Shown in pieces: positions 9,901-21,545 of a DNA stretch of 64,000 nt. Source of the DNA: Gekko japonicus (taxonomy: Eukaryota); assembly GCF_001447785.1 (NCBI RefSeq), contig NW_015163228.1, forward strand, positions 4,070 to 68,069, read 5' to 3'. Every line of letters starts with the position of its first letter. Within the stretch, counting starts at the first letter, position 1. Under the pieces are notes generated by a model. The model had not been told where the DNA came from, made no database searches, and worked only from the letters and a program-made list of their open reading frames with translations. Both the position numbers and the translations under genes were made by a program.

Positions 9901-12900
9901 TACATTGAGGTCACCCCGTTTTCACTCCACACTTGTTCTTGGATAAACGGATGCTGTTATAACCTGGGATAAGTGCAAGGTATTGTGTTGTGAGTTGAAC
10001 TCTAATAAAACCAGGAATGAGATCCAAGTGTGGGAAGGACCAAAGAGATAATGAAGCAAAAGCAAAGAGTCAAGTGTTTGATTTATACACATACACACAA
10101 ATTAAATGGATGTTTTTGAGATGAATCACATGGAATGAGAATCACATGGAATGAGAACAAACCCTACAGCAGAAGATGAATGGACACAAATCTGACATCA
10201 GAAATCACAAGACTGAGAAACCTGCAGGAAAACATCTCAACCTTCCAGGACATTCAATGGGTGACCTCAAAGTAGTTGTTTTATTGCAAAGGATCTTCAG
10301 GAACAGAATGGAAAATTGCTGAATTACAAGTTATTACAACACTTGGAAGAAAAACCTCCCTAGGACTCCAGGGATATTGGTTTCTTATCTCATTACATAT
10401 GCTAAACTCATTCAGTCCTCACATATGTATTCTCAACAAAAAGGACTATAGATCCTATCTATTTTAGTGTATTGCTTGTTCAGAATAATATATTAGAATA
10501 GTGAATATAATGCAAGGGATATTGGAATGTCTTGCTGACACCTAAAAAAGAAAAAAAAATGCTGTTGGTTGCCTCCATGCCTGAAAGGGGATGAATGGAG
10601 CATAGCAGTTTACTTCTCACAATTAAAAAGGATACCTCACACATTTATCTCCTATTTTGACATATTTTTGCCTCACTGTTTTCGCCCTTTTAATTAAATC
10701 AAAACAACTGTTGACCTTATCAGCTTAGCTTGTTATTTAGTTTTGTCTTCGCATATCTTAAAACATCTTAATCATTTGCTGTTCAGCCTGTCTATAAGTT
10801 TGAATTGTTACTTTCCATTCCAAAGTATTTGAAAAAGGTTGCACGCACACAAAGGTTCATACCACAAATAAAGCTTTGTTGGTCTTTGTCATTATCTGGG
10901 CTGTGCCACAAGAGGCCTACTAGGCCCAGGGAGCCTGGCTAGCAGTAGGTGATCTTCAAAAACCAGGATCACGAAACTGCGGAAGAAATCGGGCGAAGCC
11001 CCGAGTCAAAATGCAGCCCCGGAGCTTCGGGTGTGAAATTGACACGTTTGTGTCGAGGCAAACGGCGCTGTGCTGTGAGGCAGCTCTCGTGAGAAATCAC
11101 CCAATGTGATTTTGGGCTACAGTGATACCTACAGCTTCTATGGGCAACTTTAAGAAACAAGAGAGATTCAAGACTCAAGAGGTTCAAGAAAGGGAAATAC
11201 TCTGTCAGAATTTGGATGCAATGCTGCACTCCCTGCATCCGATATGTTCACACACTAGAGGACAACTCAGGACAATGGGTCTGCTCTGAAAGTCATGGAA
11301 CATTACCTTCCATGGTTGTAGGTTTGAAAGATCCCATCTCCTTCTGCCCACCATTACTCTGCGTTTCAGTCTGGATGTGTACATCTTATGTAATGCATGT
11401 GCTATGGCATAGACCGCATTGTAGATGCTATAGCTCTGGCCAGTCATGGTCATTTCAAAAATAATTCCAGGAAGGCTATCCAGCCTCTCTTCTCCTGTGC
11501 AAGCCTCATTATTCTTTCCCTTCTTTTCATCAGAATCAGACAATGTGCAGTTGAATGCCTGTTCCCAGAAGACCCTGATAAAACCATCTTCCTGTTGTAA
11601 GCCAGGACGTACCCTCTGAAGGAATTTTGTAAAATCCAATAACTGATTTGAGTGAATTGTAAAGGATAAGGCACCATGGAAGATGTACATGTCAAATTCC
11701 CTGAGCTCCGTCTGTGATGAGAAATCCCAGTGGGCTGTCATAATCCATACCATTCCCATAAATATTTTGGTAATCCCTCCAATTATTTCATTAAAATATA
11801 TCAACCATATCAAAGCATTTATGGTCTGGCGGTCTGCATTTACAACAAATAGTCTGACACTGGAATTGGCAAGAGAAGTGGTCACGGGTAGAATAGATTG
11901 TAATGACTTGAATGCATATATTGCTGGTGTCTTTTCAGTGTGGGCTACACAGATCCCATGTTTGAAAAGCATAGGTGTCAAAGTATGCACAAATTTTTCA
12001 CCTTGATCATCATCCGTTGCCATGATCCCAACCCACGTCCATTGAAAATGCATAAGGAGCCGGACAATTCCCATGAACTGAAAATCTTCATTGGGGACCA
12101 TGCGATAGAAGGAAGGGAGCTGAATTTTCACATTAGTCACTGGAGCAAAGACACAGTAGGCAATCTGAAGCAAAACAAATTAATGTTTATGATGATACTG
12201 ATCATTAGTAATGAGTTACAATGTGTTATCCCAATTAGCAGTTGAAATCCGGGGATAAATCTTTAGTACTAAAAATCCTAAACTGAATTATAACCTTCTA
12301 AGACCACTGGCTTCAATGAATTTGGAACAGTTTAACACTGTTTAGGACTGCATGATATCTGTATTTAAAAAATCAGGAATGTGTAAGTCATTCCTGGGAA
12401 ACATGCATAACTTATAGCTCTCATGGCATGAAAGGGCTTCCATACTTGGGATGTCATCAAATACATGAAGCTGCCTTATACTGACTCAGATCACTGGTCC
12501 CTCAAGGTCAGTAATGTCTACTCAGGTTGGCAGCTGCTCTTCAGGATCTCTGGCAAAGGTCTTTCACACTACCTACTACCTGCTCTTTTTAACTGGAGAC
12601 GCTGAGGATTGAAACTGGGACCTTCTGCGTACAAATCAGAAGCCCTACTCGTGAACAAGTTTGCATGTTTTGAAACATTTCAGTTTTGTTTTTTTACATG
12701 TGCAAATTGAACTCACGAATCTCTAGTTCTCCTCTGTCCTTGAGCTTTTTAATTTTAGTCTGTCTTTGACTGGCATGAACCATCCCAATTAGTCACAAAT
12801 ACACATCAGTACATGAGCATTGATTTTGCCATCTCCCTTGAGCAGGGCATGTTCATCATTTCCAAGATTATTTACATTTCTTATATGTTACTCCTATCAG

Positions 12901-13343
12901 AAAGGAAGCCTCAGAACCCTTCCATCAACCCATTCAAGTATATATACTGTGGAGGTCTTAAAGTGGGAGAGATGCATCTTTCCTCAGCCTCAGGTTATGA
13001 AGGGGGGGGGAGAGAGAGCGAGAGAGAGTGAATTGATAGAATTGCAGGAGGAGGTAATATTGAGGCAGTACACTGCTGAGGTGGTAAAAAGGACTGTAGA
13101 ATTCATTGTACAGCTGAGGAGGCTACATTTCTCAAAATTCTGCAAGATGAGTACTTCCCAGTAAATTGAGAACAATCACAGCAATCAAAATGCTAGGATG
13201 AAAACTTTCTTTCTGATAGTCTACAGGGTTTTTTTTTCATTTGGAGGAATATTAAATATTAGATTTCCTCCTCTCTATTGAAATGGTACACCTAATCATA
13301 CCACCTGAAAAGTTTACCACTTCATTCTCTTGCATATACAGTC

Positions 13344-13423
<80 letters not shown>

Positions 13424-16222
13424 ACTTCCTTAGTCCTCAGGATATAGGAGGATAGGACAGATGTAAAAACTTGTTTTACCTGTGGGATCTTGTAAACGTT
13501 TAGAATAGTAGAGATATGAAAGGCCATTTCAGAGTTCAGTCCCCCAACCACAGCTATCACACTTTTTGTCTTGTTGCAGTTGTAGTTGGGGACAATTCTT
13601 TCCCAGGAAGACAGAAGCTTCAGGGTGTTTTGATGAGTCATCCTGGCATTCAAATAGTCATCAAAGATCTGGAACCCCAGGCTGACATTGGGTAAGATCT
13701 TGGAGTTTTCATTAATCTCCTTCACAGCAAATACAAATGACAGGACATGCTGGTAGATCTTTGGTGAAATCCTAAAGGCAGATTTATATTATGAAAAGAA
13801 AGAGATATTCAGCATTTCAAGAATCATCTATTGAACTTTTAGATTTTATTACTCATATCAATTTTGTATGAGAATATTCAATTATTTTTGAAAATGCTTA
13901 TGTACATAAGAGAAGCCAAAGTTGGATCAGTGGCCAAAAATACCAGGTGCTATCAGGAGGTCTATCAGTGGGGCCAGTACAGTAGAAGCCCTCCCACTGT
14001 TGCCCCCCCATACTTTTAAACTCTCTGCCCATTTCTTGTAGGCTAACCAATGGACAGTGAAAATGGACTCTCCATGCCCTACAGCTAAAAGAATCATTTT
14101 TCAACACCAGAAGGTTAATGCCCACCTCTGGTAAATGAATGGATTGAGGACCTTAGACTCTGTTAATATTTAAAACATGGTATATAGACAATTGAGTGTG
14201 GACCTTTTTTAGATATTTAAAAACTTTTATAGGGAATTAGGTGTAGAATTGTCACCATTGTTGTTTGTTGTACTTTTGTTTTTACTTTATGTATACCTTT
14301 TCCCCAATTTTATTCTATTTAGTTGCAGGATTAGGGTTTTTTTCTCCTTCTTGCTATTCTTTCTTCCACTTTTTAAAAGGAAGAAATATAGAAAAGATAT
14401 TCAGTATATCAATAATCCTCTCCTGAAGTTTTAGATGTATTTCAGTGGTACATATCTTCAACCAACTTCATATAAAATATGAAAACCAGAAATAGATAAA
14501 TCATATGTATTAAAATATTTTTATTGGCCCCAGTCACAATGGGGGAAAAGACACAGCCAAAGCACAGCTTTTTTGAGCCGCATCAAAAGAGGCGCTCGGC
14601 GGCGGGATCAGATATATCTCCCGAGCCGCCGTGCAGTTGCTCCCCAGCATGATCAGATGCCGGGGGGGGGAAGCCACAGAACGGAGAGCGAGGCAGCCCA
14701 CTGCACATGTGCATGCCTGCGCAGTTTGGCCGGGGGCCTCGCATGCTGCCGGAGATGGGCACGCTGGCGATCCCACGGCTGCCCTTGATGTGGATTATCA
14801 GGTAGGTAGTAGTTTTTTCTAGGATTTTTTTTTTGATGCGCGGTTTCGGCCAGAAGGGATGGATTAGGGATGGGTGTGCTCTGCTTCCCAGATGTTGTGG
14901 TGTGATTGCGCCCGTTTGATGCACCCCTGATCCGTCCCCCTTGTGGGGCAAATCCTCCCATGTGACCGGGACCTTCCTATGTTTCTCAGAAGAGGCTCAA
15001 ATGGAAAACATGATAGCAAAGCAGTGGAATAAAAGAGTAAAATACTTAAACTCATCCCCTACCCACAATGGGAAACCAAGAAGAACCCGACAACAATCAC
15101 AGGCATCAGCTGCATAGAATCAATAGAACCAGCTGAAGACTGGAAGCAATAGCTTCATGTTGGGGTCATAACTGAGAAGCCCTGCATCTGAGCAGAGGAA
15201 GAACATGCCTCTCTAATGGATGGCACAGAGAGCGAGAGCTGATTGGGCAAGTAAAATCATTACTTCTGATTAAAAACAAACATTGTTGGCTTGCTAGTTT
15301 AGTTTCAAGTATGAATTCTTTCCTTGCTATTTTCAACCAACAGGATGAGTCTGTCAGGCTCTGCCCATTTTAAGATTAAATTCATGGGCATGATACAGCA
15401 AAGATCAACATATACAAATATCATTGATTTAAATAGAAGTGTTAAGCTGTTTCTGACCAGTGCTCCCTTTAAGCTGTGGGGTCCTGTGAGCAAAAATTCT
15501 ACTTTGTGAGTTACTGGCATTAAAGTTGTGAGCGAACGATTTGTCTACTGCATAAATTTGTTTGCTCTGGAGCCCTTCTTCCTGAGCAAAGACAAAAATG
15601 TGTGAGCCGGAGGCTAAAAGAACTGTGAGCTAGCTCACACTAACTCAGCTTAGACCCCTTATTTCTGACCTCTTATTTCAGTGGAAGATTGAGCACCCTA
15701 TGCTTTACTATATCTGGATTGTGCTCAGTCTTATCTAGGTGAAACATAAAACCCAGAGTCCAGTCTCTCCTGGTTCTGAAAACATTTTCCTGGGTTGCTG
15801 AAGAGAACGGCAAGGTGATTCTTCTGCTCCAGCATCTCTTCCATCTTCTGCTGCTGTGTGTGGCACTTGACTGTGACTGTTTCTTATGCTCTTAGGTCCT
15901 GTCTGCAATGAGCAACAAGGTTATTTTTAAAGGTAAAGCACAACATGGCCACTTTCACTTAAAGCCTAATACTCAAAACAAAGTTATTTCCTTACATAAG
16001 TCCATCTACCGCCATAGTTCTAGGGTTTTCAGAGTAAGTGGTTTGATCAAAAATACATCCATACTGAGCCACAATGTCTCCAATGATTATGTCACCTCTC
16101 TGAGAATACTCATATGGGAACTGGAAAGGATCAGTCATGGTACAAATAGTGCACACCTTGTCCATAGCTGCAGGTAGCTCTAGCCACATGAATAACAGTA
16201 GAAACAGAAATATGTCTACCAT
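3054..16222 (-). CDS. Vomeronasal type-2 receptor (V2R/Vmn2r-like, class C GPCR), gene A, 6 coding exons, intact, 890 aa
   Basis: Exons 16222-15996, 13771-13480, 12164-11307, 9335-9108, 8452-8326, 3994-3054 (227/292/858/228/127/941 bp; total 2673 nt). All introns GT-AG, phases 2/0/0/0/1. Signal peptide, Venus-flytrap domain, 9-Cys domain, 7TM with VKANN, LARKLPD.FNEAK.ITFSML and STKGK motifs. Confidence 0.93.
4140..4331 (-). mobile_element. 5S rRNA-derived SINE with RTE/BovB-type tail
   Basis: Minus strand contains GAAGCTAAGCAGGGT..CTGGTTAG (5S internal control region) followed by a GGCAAAGGCAAA...GACTTGACAG tail. Sister copy at 54555-54750. Confidence 0.7.
5614..6861. repeat. Near-identical 2-copy tandem duplication (about 625 bp unit) in V2R-A intron 5
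   Basis: Unit starts GCTCAGTGCAGCTATGTG at 5614 and 6239. I see only a 2-bp indel between the copies. Confidence 0.93.
7050..7201. mobile_element. Palindromic PIF/Harbinger-type MITE, 3-bp TSD CAT
   Basis: Arms GGCTGTGGTCACACACACTAAATAATC / GATTATTTAGTGTGTGCGACCACAGCC, flanked by CAT on both sides. Confidence 0.82.
7572..8014. mobile_element. GC-rich non-autonomous DNA transposon (Harbinger-like TIR ..GGTCACA), same family as 14526-14973
   Basis: Imperfect TIRs, flanking TTT/TTT. Internal CGGCATCTGATC.TGCTGGGGAGCAAC and CACAACATCTGGGAAG are shared, inverted, with 14526-14973. Confidence 0.65.
8326..8452 (-). CDS. V2R-A exon 5 (127 bp, cysteine-rich domain)
   Basis: [42 protein letters not shown]; AG acceptor and GTAGG donor. 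Confidence 0.92.
9108..9335 (-). CDS. V2R-A exon 4 (228 bp)
   Basis: [46 protein letters not shown]...ITWPNMMNQ; TAG acceptor and GT donor. Confidence 0.92.
10957..11102. mobile_element. Single-arm remnant of the palindromic MITE at 30803-31085
   Basis: Matches the loop plus right arm (CAAAAACCAGGATCACGAAACT...GAGAAATCACCC) with few mismatches. Confidence 0.85.
11307..12164 (-). CDS. V2R-A exon 3 (858 bp, Venus-flytrap domain)
   Basis: IAYCVFAP...HFQWTWVG...FWEQAFNC...[16 protein letters not shown]...QPWK; CAG acceptor and GTAAT donor. Confidence 0.93.
12460..12650 (-). mobile_element. tRNA-derived SINE (degenerate; related copy at about 46985-47125)
   Basis: Minus strand GCAGAAGGTCCCAGTTTCAATCC (B-box-like) through to ATAAGGCAGCTTCATG. 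Confidence 0.6.
13348..13420. repeat. (CT)n(CA)n compound microsatellite
   Basis: Seen directly in the sequence. Confidence 0.95.
13480..13771 (-). CDS. V2R-A exon 2 (292 bp)
   Basis: [30 protein letters not shown]...PNYNC...YKIPQ; TTTAG acceptor and GTAAA donor. Confidence 0.92.
14526..14973. mobile_element. GC-rich Harbinger-like non-autonomous DNA transposon in V2R-A intron 1
   Basis: TIRs GGCCCCAGTCACA / TGTGACCGGGACC. The homologous position in V2R-B intron 1 (about 37075-37110) lacks the insert. Confidence 0.72.
15457..15655. mobile_element. hAT-type MITE, degenerate copy of the 21800-22005 family
   Basis: CAGTGCTCCCTTTAAGCTG...GCTCACACTAACTCAGCTTAG; right TIR truncated. Confidence 0.75.
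15996..16222 (-). CDS. V2R-A exon 1 (signal peptide, GDIIIG motif)
   Basis: [20 protein letters not shown]...GDIIIGDIV; GTAAG donor at 15995. Confidence 0.9.
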
Positions 16223-16790
16223 TGGGAAGCAAATATTCTTTCAGAATCTTTCTCTTTTGTCTACCATCTAATCATGTTCCCTGTCCATAATTCCAACCTT
16301 GAAGGGCAAAGGGAAATTTTATATATGCATTTATCTTTTTGAGATTTATAGTGGGAATTCATTGGGCCTCAAAACATGCATATGACAATTTGCAATTTAG
16401 TGGGTGATTCCTAATAATTAGAGACAATTACACCTCTGAGATCATCACTCCAGAGAAGTATGCTGAACGAGACATCACTTGCATCAGAAAAAGAGAAATG
16501 AACATGCTTCTGTGTTATCGGTGTAACTTACCTGAAGGTTAGGTATTTGGATGGCTAAATCTGACCCAGAAAAAAAAGAAGCTGCATAACAACAAGGCCT
16601 CAGGATGTTAACAGAGTGAATTGACATGTTTGAGATACCAGGTGGCCATGCTATTCCTAGAGATGGATGAGATCCACACAGCTAACCGAGAGTCTCAACT
16701 TGAAACAAAGAAGCAAACAGAATGTGACTCAATTCTGATACTGTGAAAAATCATGATTTAACTGTAGTTCTGCAGGTCATTCCATTGTCT
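16223..16790 (-). promoter_or_regulatory. Putative V2R-A promoter/5' region conserved with V2R-B upstream (38400-38910)
   Basis: Co-linear non-coding similarity. Shared CTATAAATCT (TATA-like), CCTAATAATTAGAGACAATTA and (T/C)CCTAGAGATGG blocks. Confidence 0.55.
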
Positions 16791-16889
16791 ATGGTTACCT
16801 ACAATCGATCTATTATTAATATTAAGAGAACCCATTAGGCTTGCTATTTTTTATTTTTCACTGGAAATCTTTCTAAGTATTATTGTAAG

Positions 16890-17675
16890 GGGATGAATCA
16901 GAGGGACACGGGCCGGAAAATGCGGGGGGGAAGCGTGGCTGAGGAAAATAACGCATGGTTGTGCGATCAGACGTCCCTTCGAGGTCCTGTGGAGGTCCCG
17001 TGGTTAGGGGGCAGGTGCTGATCACATGATGATCCTGCAGCGTGACAAAGAAGCGGCATGGTGCGATCACACCAGCAATCGCTAGGTGCCGCTTCCCTGG
17101 CAAACCGGATGGATTTTTTTAAAAAACGAAGTTTGTGCATACGCATGACTGAGCAATCATATCTGCACATTCGAAGGCGGGTGGTGGGCTTACCGGAGAG
17201 GGCAACAGATGCTTCTGGACCCCAACAGAGCTCCAAGGCATAGCCAATGGAGGGGGAGGGGGCCCCCTCGTCACAGCTGCTTTAACAGCCTGCGTGACAG
17301 TGGCCATAGCGACCCTCCAGAGGTGGCAAGCCTGGCTGCAATGGGAGGGGGCCTCTTTGTGCGCATGCACCGTTGGGCACTTGTGCGCATCTGGTGGAGA
17401 CTTGAAAAAAACAAACCTGTTCGTGACGGAACATGGGCAGGCGCTGGATGCCATGGGATTCCACCAGAAACGCGATCAGGCGCCCGCCCTTGCCCCGCGG
17501 TTTCCAGAAACTAGTACCTTGGAGGTACTAGTTTTTTACCCCGCATCTTCGGCGGGGAGACTCAGGTTCGGCATGGGAGCTCTATGCTTCCCAGATGTGG
17601 TGGTGTGATCGCACCCGGAAAATCTGCCTATCTTCCGTCTCTGTAGCGTGGCTAATGTTCCATGTGACCGCAGCC
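16890..17675. mobile_element. GC/CpG-rich non-autonomous DNA transposon (Harbinger-like right end TGTGACCGCAGCC)
   Basis: Terminus matches the TIR of the 7050 MITE. Shares GCTTCCCAGATGT.GTGGTGTGAT.GC with the 14526 element. Confidence 0.6.
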
Positions 17676-18121
17676 TTACTTAAGCATATACATGGGGCTT
17701 GACTACCTCCTGGAATTACAATGGACATCCGGACAACAGAGATTAAGTCTCCTGGAGTAAAAGGCTGCTTTGGAGGTTGAACTTGATGGCATTATACCCT
17801 CCTGAAATCATTCCCCTTATCAAACCCTGCCTTTCCCGGGCTCCATCTGTTGGCAGCCATGGGAATGGTCTGGACATAACCTGGGCCAGGATTTTCCAGT
17901 TCCCTTTGTTTTGAATGCAGTATCTTTCATCATCATCATCCAGAGGCTGATTTTGAGGCTCCAAGCTTTTTTATAAAAATTAGTTATGCCTTCCAAAGTC
18001 AACTGAGAGTTGTTCTGAAAATTGGCCAGAATATTTTGATTCTCTTCATTTTGGGGACAGCAACTCCCATCATCATCCTAAAGATAGGGGCCAATTTTGA
18101 GGCCCCTAGCTTTTGTTATAT

Positions 18122-18447
18122 GGACTATGGTGGCTCAGAGGTTAAGATACTGAACTGCAGACTAGAAGGTTAGTAGTTCAGCGGTTCAAGGACCTAGTGC
18201 CATATGACAGAGTGAGCTCCCAGCTCTTGACAGCCTAGTAGTCTGAAAGCAAGAAATTGCAAGTAGATAAATAGGTACTGCTGCAGTGGCAAGGTAGCAG
18301 CATTCCGTGTGCCTCAGTGTCAAGGTGTCATTACCACTGAAATATCTTTGAACAGTGGTGGCTCTTTAGCTTAGAAACAGAGATGAGCACTGCCCCCTAG
18401 AGTTGGATTCGACTGGCTTTCGAGCAAGGGAAACCTTTACCTTAACC
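18122..18447 (+). mobile_element. Sauria SINE (Squam1)
   Basis: tRNA-like head GGTGGCTCAG..GGTTAAG, core AAGTAGATAAATAGGTAC, tail GAGATGAGCAC..CCCTAGAGT.GGA.TCGACTGG and (ACCTTT)n. Confidence 0.82.
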
Positions 18448-19848
18448 CTTTTAAGCTTTTGCTTTTCCTGCCACACACAACTTTTGCTTCAAATTCAAAA
18501 AGTGGAGGTGTGGTGGGGTTTCCTGGGGATTGGATGCACCAGGATGTTCCAATTCATTTCATGTTTTGTATTGCAACCACTACAATCGTCCTCAAGCCTG
18601 CGGGCATTTTTGAGGACTTGTAGTTTTATTTGTAGATGAAACACATATGAACTTGCCACAATGCACTGAACATCCCAGTTCAAATTTGAGGGTGTCAAAT
18701 ATAATCAAGGCCAGGGTGGGGCAGTGATCTTCGTTTTGGCCACAGCAGCTCCTGTCATCAAATTGAAGCCAGTGGCCAATTTTGAGGTTGCTAGCTTTAG
18801 TTTTAGATGAATTATACATGCCACAGACAACCATTACTCCATTGTAAAAAGCTGGATGCAATGTTCTTGGGATTTCTGGGGTGAGGATGTTCCAATTTCG
18901 TCCAATTTTTGGCACTTCCACTCTTGCAAGTATCCTCAAGCCAGTGGATGATTTTGAGGTACATAGCTTTATTTGTGGATGAGTTATGCTTGCCAAAGTC
19001 AGATGGACATATGGATTGTTTTATTTATATGTATTCTGCATTTGCTATTTAGTTTAAGTAGAAAGCTCAGCTTCTACTTTTACCCAAAGAGCTGAAATGC
19101 CATTCTCGAATGCCATCTTTCACTTTTGCTAAGAATTGATGGAGTTTGGAGGATTGTCTTAGATTCCACATAAATGTTGAAAAGGAAAGCAGTTTAGGGT
19201 CTTTGGCTGACATGCAGGGTATACATATGTTGTCAGACATCTAACATATCAAAAGTGCTTTTAGAATTATACAAAAATAGTAGTTTCTTTTGATCTTGCT
19301 TTGAATGTAGGAAATAGAATACTACCTATACTGTGGATGACACAGTTATCCTGTTCCTGCTTGCTTTTGTATCTTACTATGGGACAAAACTTTTTTTATG
19401 TGAAGAGTAGCCAATTTGTACCTGGAGCTATTCATGTTTTTAAATGCTAAATCGGCATCCCAAATACATTATGGGATTCTCATTTTAATTAGCGCTTTCA
19501 ATCAACGTGTTGAGCAAATCCAGACAATGTTCCTGCACCACATTTTGGGGGTCCCAAACTGTGCAAGCTATACAGCCATGTGCTTGGAGACAGGCAGTGC
19601 CTCCTAGAAACTGGAGCTTGGCTCTTAACCTTAAATTTTTGGTTATGCCTTCCCTAAAGGGCTGAATCTATTAGATTCTATTATCTATTAGATATGTCCA
19701 TTTTATGCTGTCTGATTCTTTTTCAGCTAAATGGTCACAATAGGAATCGCCTTTAATTCCCTTCTTAAATTAGAAGAATCCCAAGTTTTTAGATCCTTAC
19801 AACAGAGACTTCTGTATATTGATAATTGCCATAGCAATTATCGGTGAC

Positions 19849-20430
19849 ACAGAGGATTTATCCTCTGGTTTAACATCTGAGCTGAACAGGACTGCTGTCA
19901 GTTCGAGCCCCGCACTGGTGTGAGCTACCAGTCTCTGTCCCCAGCTCACCGTCTACCCAGCAGTTCGAAAGCTTTGGCAAGTAGATAAAATGGGCACCAC
20001 TCCTTAGAGAGAGTAGGCACACTGACCCTCCCTCATGGGGTGGAGCGGTGTTAGCCGGTGAACAGAAGTCCATCTCGGAATATTGGAAAGCCTAGAGAGA
20101 TCTCCTTCGGTGTGAAGACTGCCTGTAATGGGCCGTTCCAGCCAGGCGGTGGCAGTGCCGTGCTACAACTCGAAGGAGTCTGGAGAAAGCTGACGCCATC
20201 AAACCAGGCCGGGAAAATGCCGTTCCAGATCACGTCTCATCTCCATCTGAACGAAACCCTCGTTGGCTGTGAATGTGTGTGATTTAAGATGTATATATGT
20301 TGTCTTCCCTTACCCCACAAATCATTGTTAGTCCCTCATGAAAAATGAGTAACTGTAAATCGCTCAGAGCCAGCAAGCTCTGCAGGATTGAGCGATCAAT
20401 AAATTGAAATATTATTATTATTATTATTAT
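19849..20430 (+). mobile_element. About 580-bp SINE-like element with Sauria-like head and L2-type tail (copy 1), inside a degenerate LINE 3' region
   Basis: Second copy at 60848-61429. B-box GTTCGAGCC, Sauria-like CAGCAGTTCGAAAGC..AGTAGATAAA, end TGTAAATCGCTCAGAG...GAGCGATCAATAAA(TTA)n. Confidence 0.75.
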
Positions 20431-21005
20431 AGCTATTCTGATTAGAGGTTTGTTTTGTTTCCTTTTGTTGGACCAGCACCCATATATTACCTATTTAGTA
20501 ACAAGGTATCTTTTAATTGTTATGAGGATTAGGGAGCATAAGGTTAAATCTTGTGATGGATGATTCCTTTTTTCTCTATGTTAAAAACTTATTTTTCTGT
20601 TGCTTATGCCAATAAAGGTACTGACTGACTACTACATATAGTAAAGGGAACATTAGCAACTGTCACATTGACTAAAGGAAAGCATAAGTGAACCCAGCCT
20701 CAAACCACTGTCTCTGTAGATAGACTCTGTAGTTAAGCCAAGAGTAGTCGATGTCAAAAGTTTATTTCATTATCCATTTTTTTAAATCTTTCATTTCTTC
20801 CTTGTCTTATTGCCCTCCCTCTTCCTCCAGGTCACTCATCTGCTTCTTCTCTCTTATTGTCTTCAATTGACCTTTCTGTCCCACACCTTTCCCACCCTTC
20901 CCATCACTTGCTATATGTTCTATTATGTTGTAAAAATAGCCAGTTCAGCATCCCTTGGTGAATCACTATTAAGGAAATAAATTGCACATGTCATGGAATA
21001 ATGAA

Positions 21006-21545
21006 TAGGGATGGGCTTGCAGTTCAGTGTGGTTTTTCACCAAACAATGAACCAAACCATGAACCAAACTTAACCAAGAGGGCTCCCAAGTGAACCAAGC
21101 CTGATCATGTCAGTTTCTGGGGAACAGGAAGTGGAAAGCATGGGTTTAAAATTACTCCAAGCCATTTAAAGCACCTAGAAGGGATTTAAGTGGCTCAGAG
21201 TCGCTTTTAACCAATGCTTTCTGCTCCCTGCTGCTCAGCTGGTTTTCATGGCAGGGGTTTTAAGGGACTCTGAGCCATTTAAACCCCTTCTGAGTGCTCA
21301 GAAACTCTTTAAATCCATGCAGTGAAAAACAACTGAGTGGCAGGGAGCAGAAAGCAGGAGTTTAAAGGCATTCTGAAACCCCTGCTTTCTTCCATTCATG
21401 AACCTCCATGAACTGCCTGCAAACTGCATAAAAGTTTGTGGAAGTTTGTGGCAGTAAACCTGCCATGAACTTCAGTTTGTAAAGCACAAACTGGCTAATA
21501 TTCATCATGAATTTTCATTCCTGAGATGGTTCATGCCCATCCCTA
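21006..21545. mobile_element. hAT-like non-autonomous DNA transposon
   Basis: TIR TAGGGATGGGC / GCCCATCCCTA, 8-bp TSD ATAATGAA / GTAATGAA, internal inverted repeats. Confidence 0.78.

Noticed and set aside
11205-11306. Exon-3 ORF reads through the donor in both paralogs (possible secreted isoform)
   Set aside because: Stops fall at different positions, and the similarity is explained by ordinary intron homology. No polyA evidence.
13252-13479. ORF extension with [12 protein letters not shown]
   Set aside because: Intronic (CA)/(CT) microsatellite after the exon-2 donor.
18540-18985. Weak ~340-bp-period repeat
   Set aside because: Too diverged to delimit; probably internal repeats of an old transposon.
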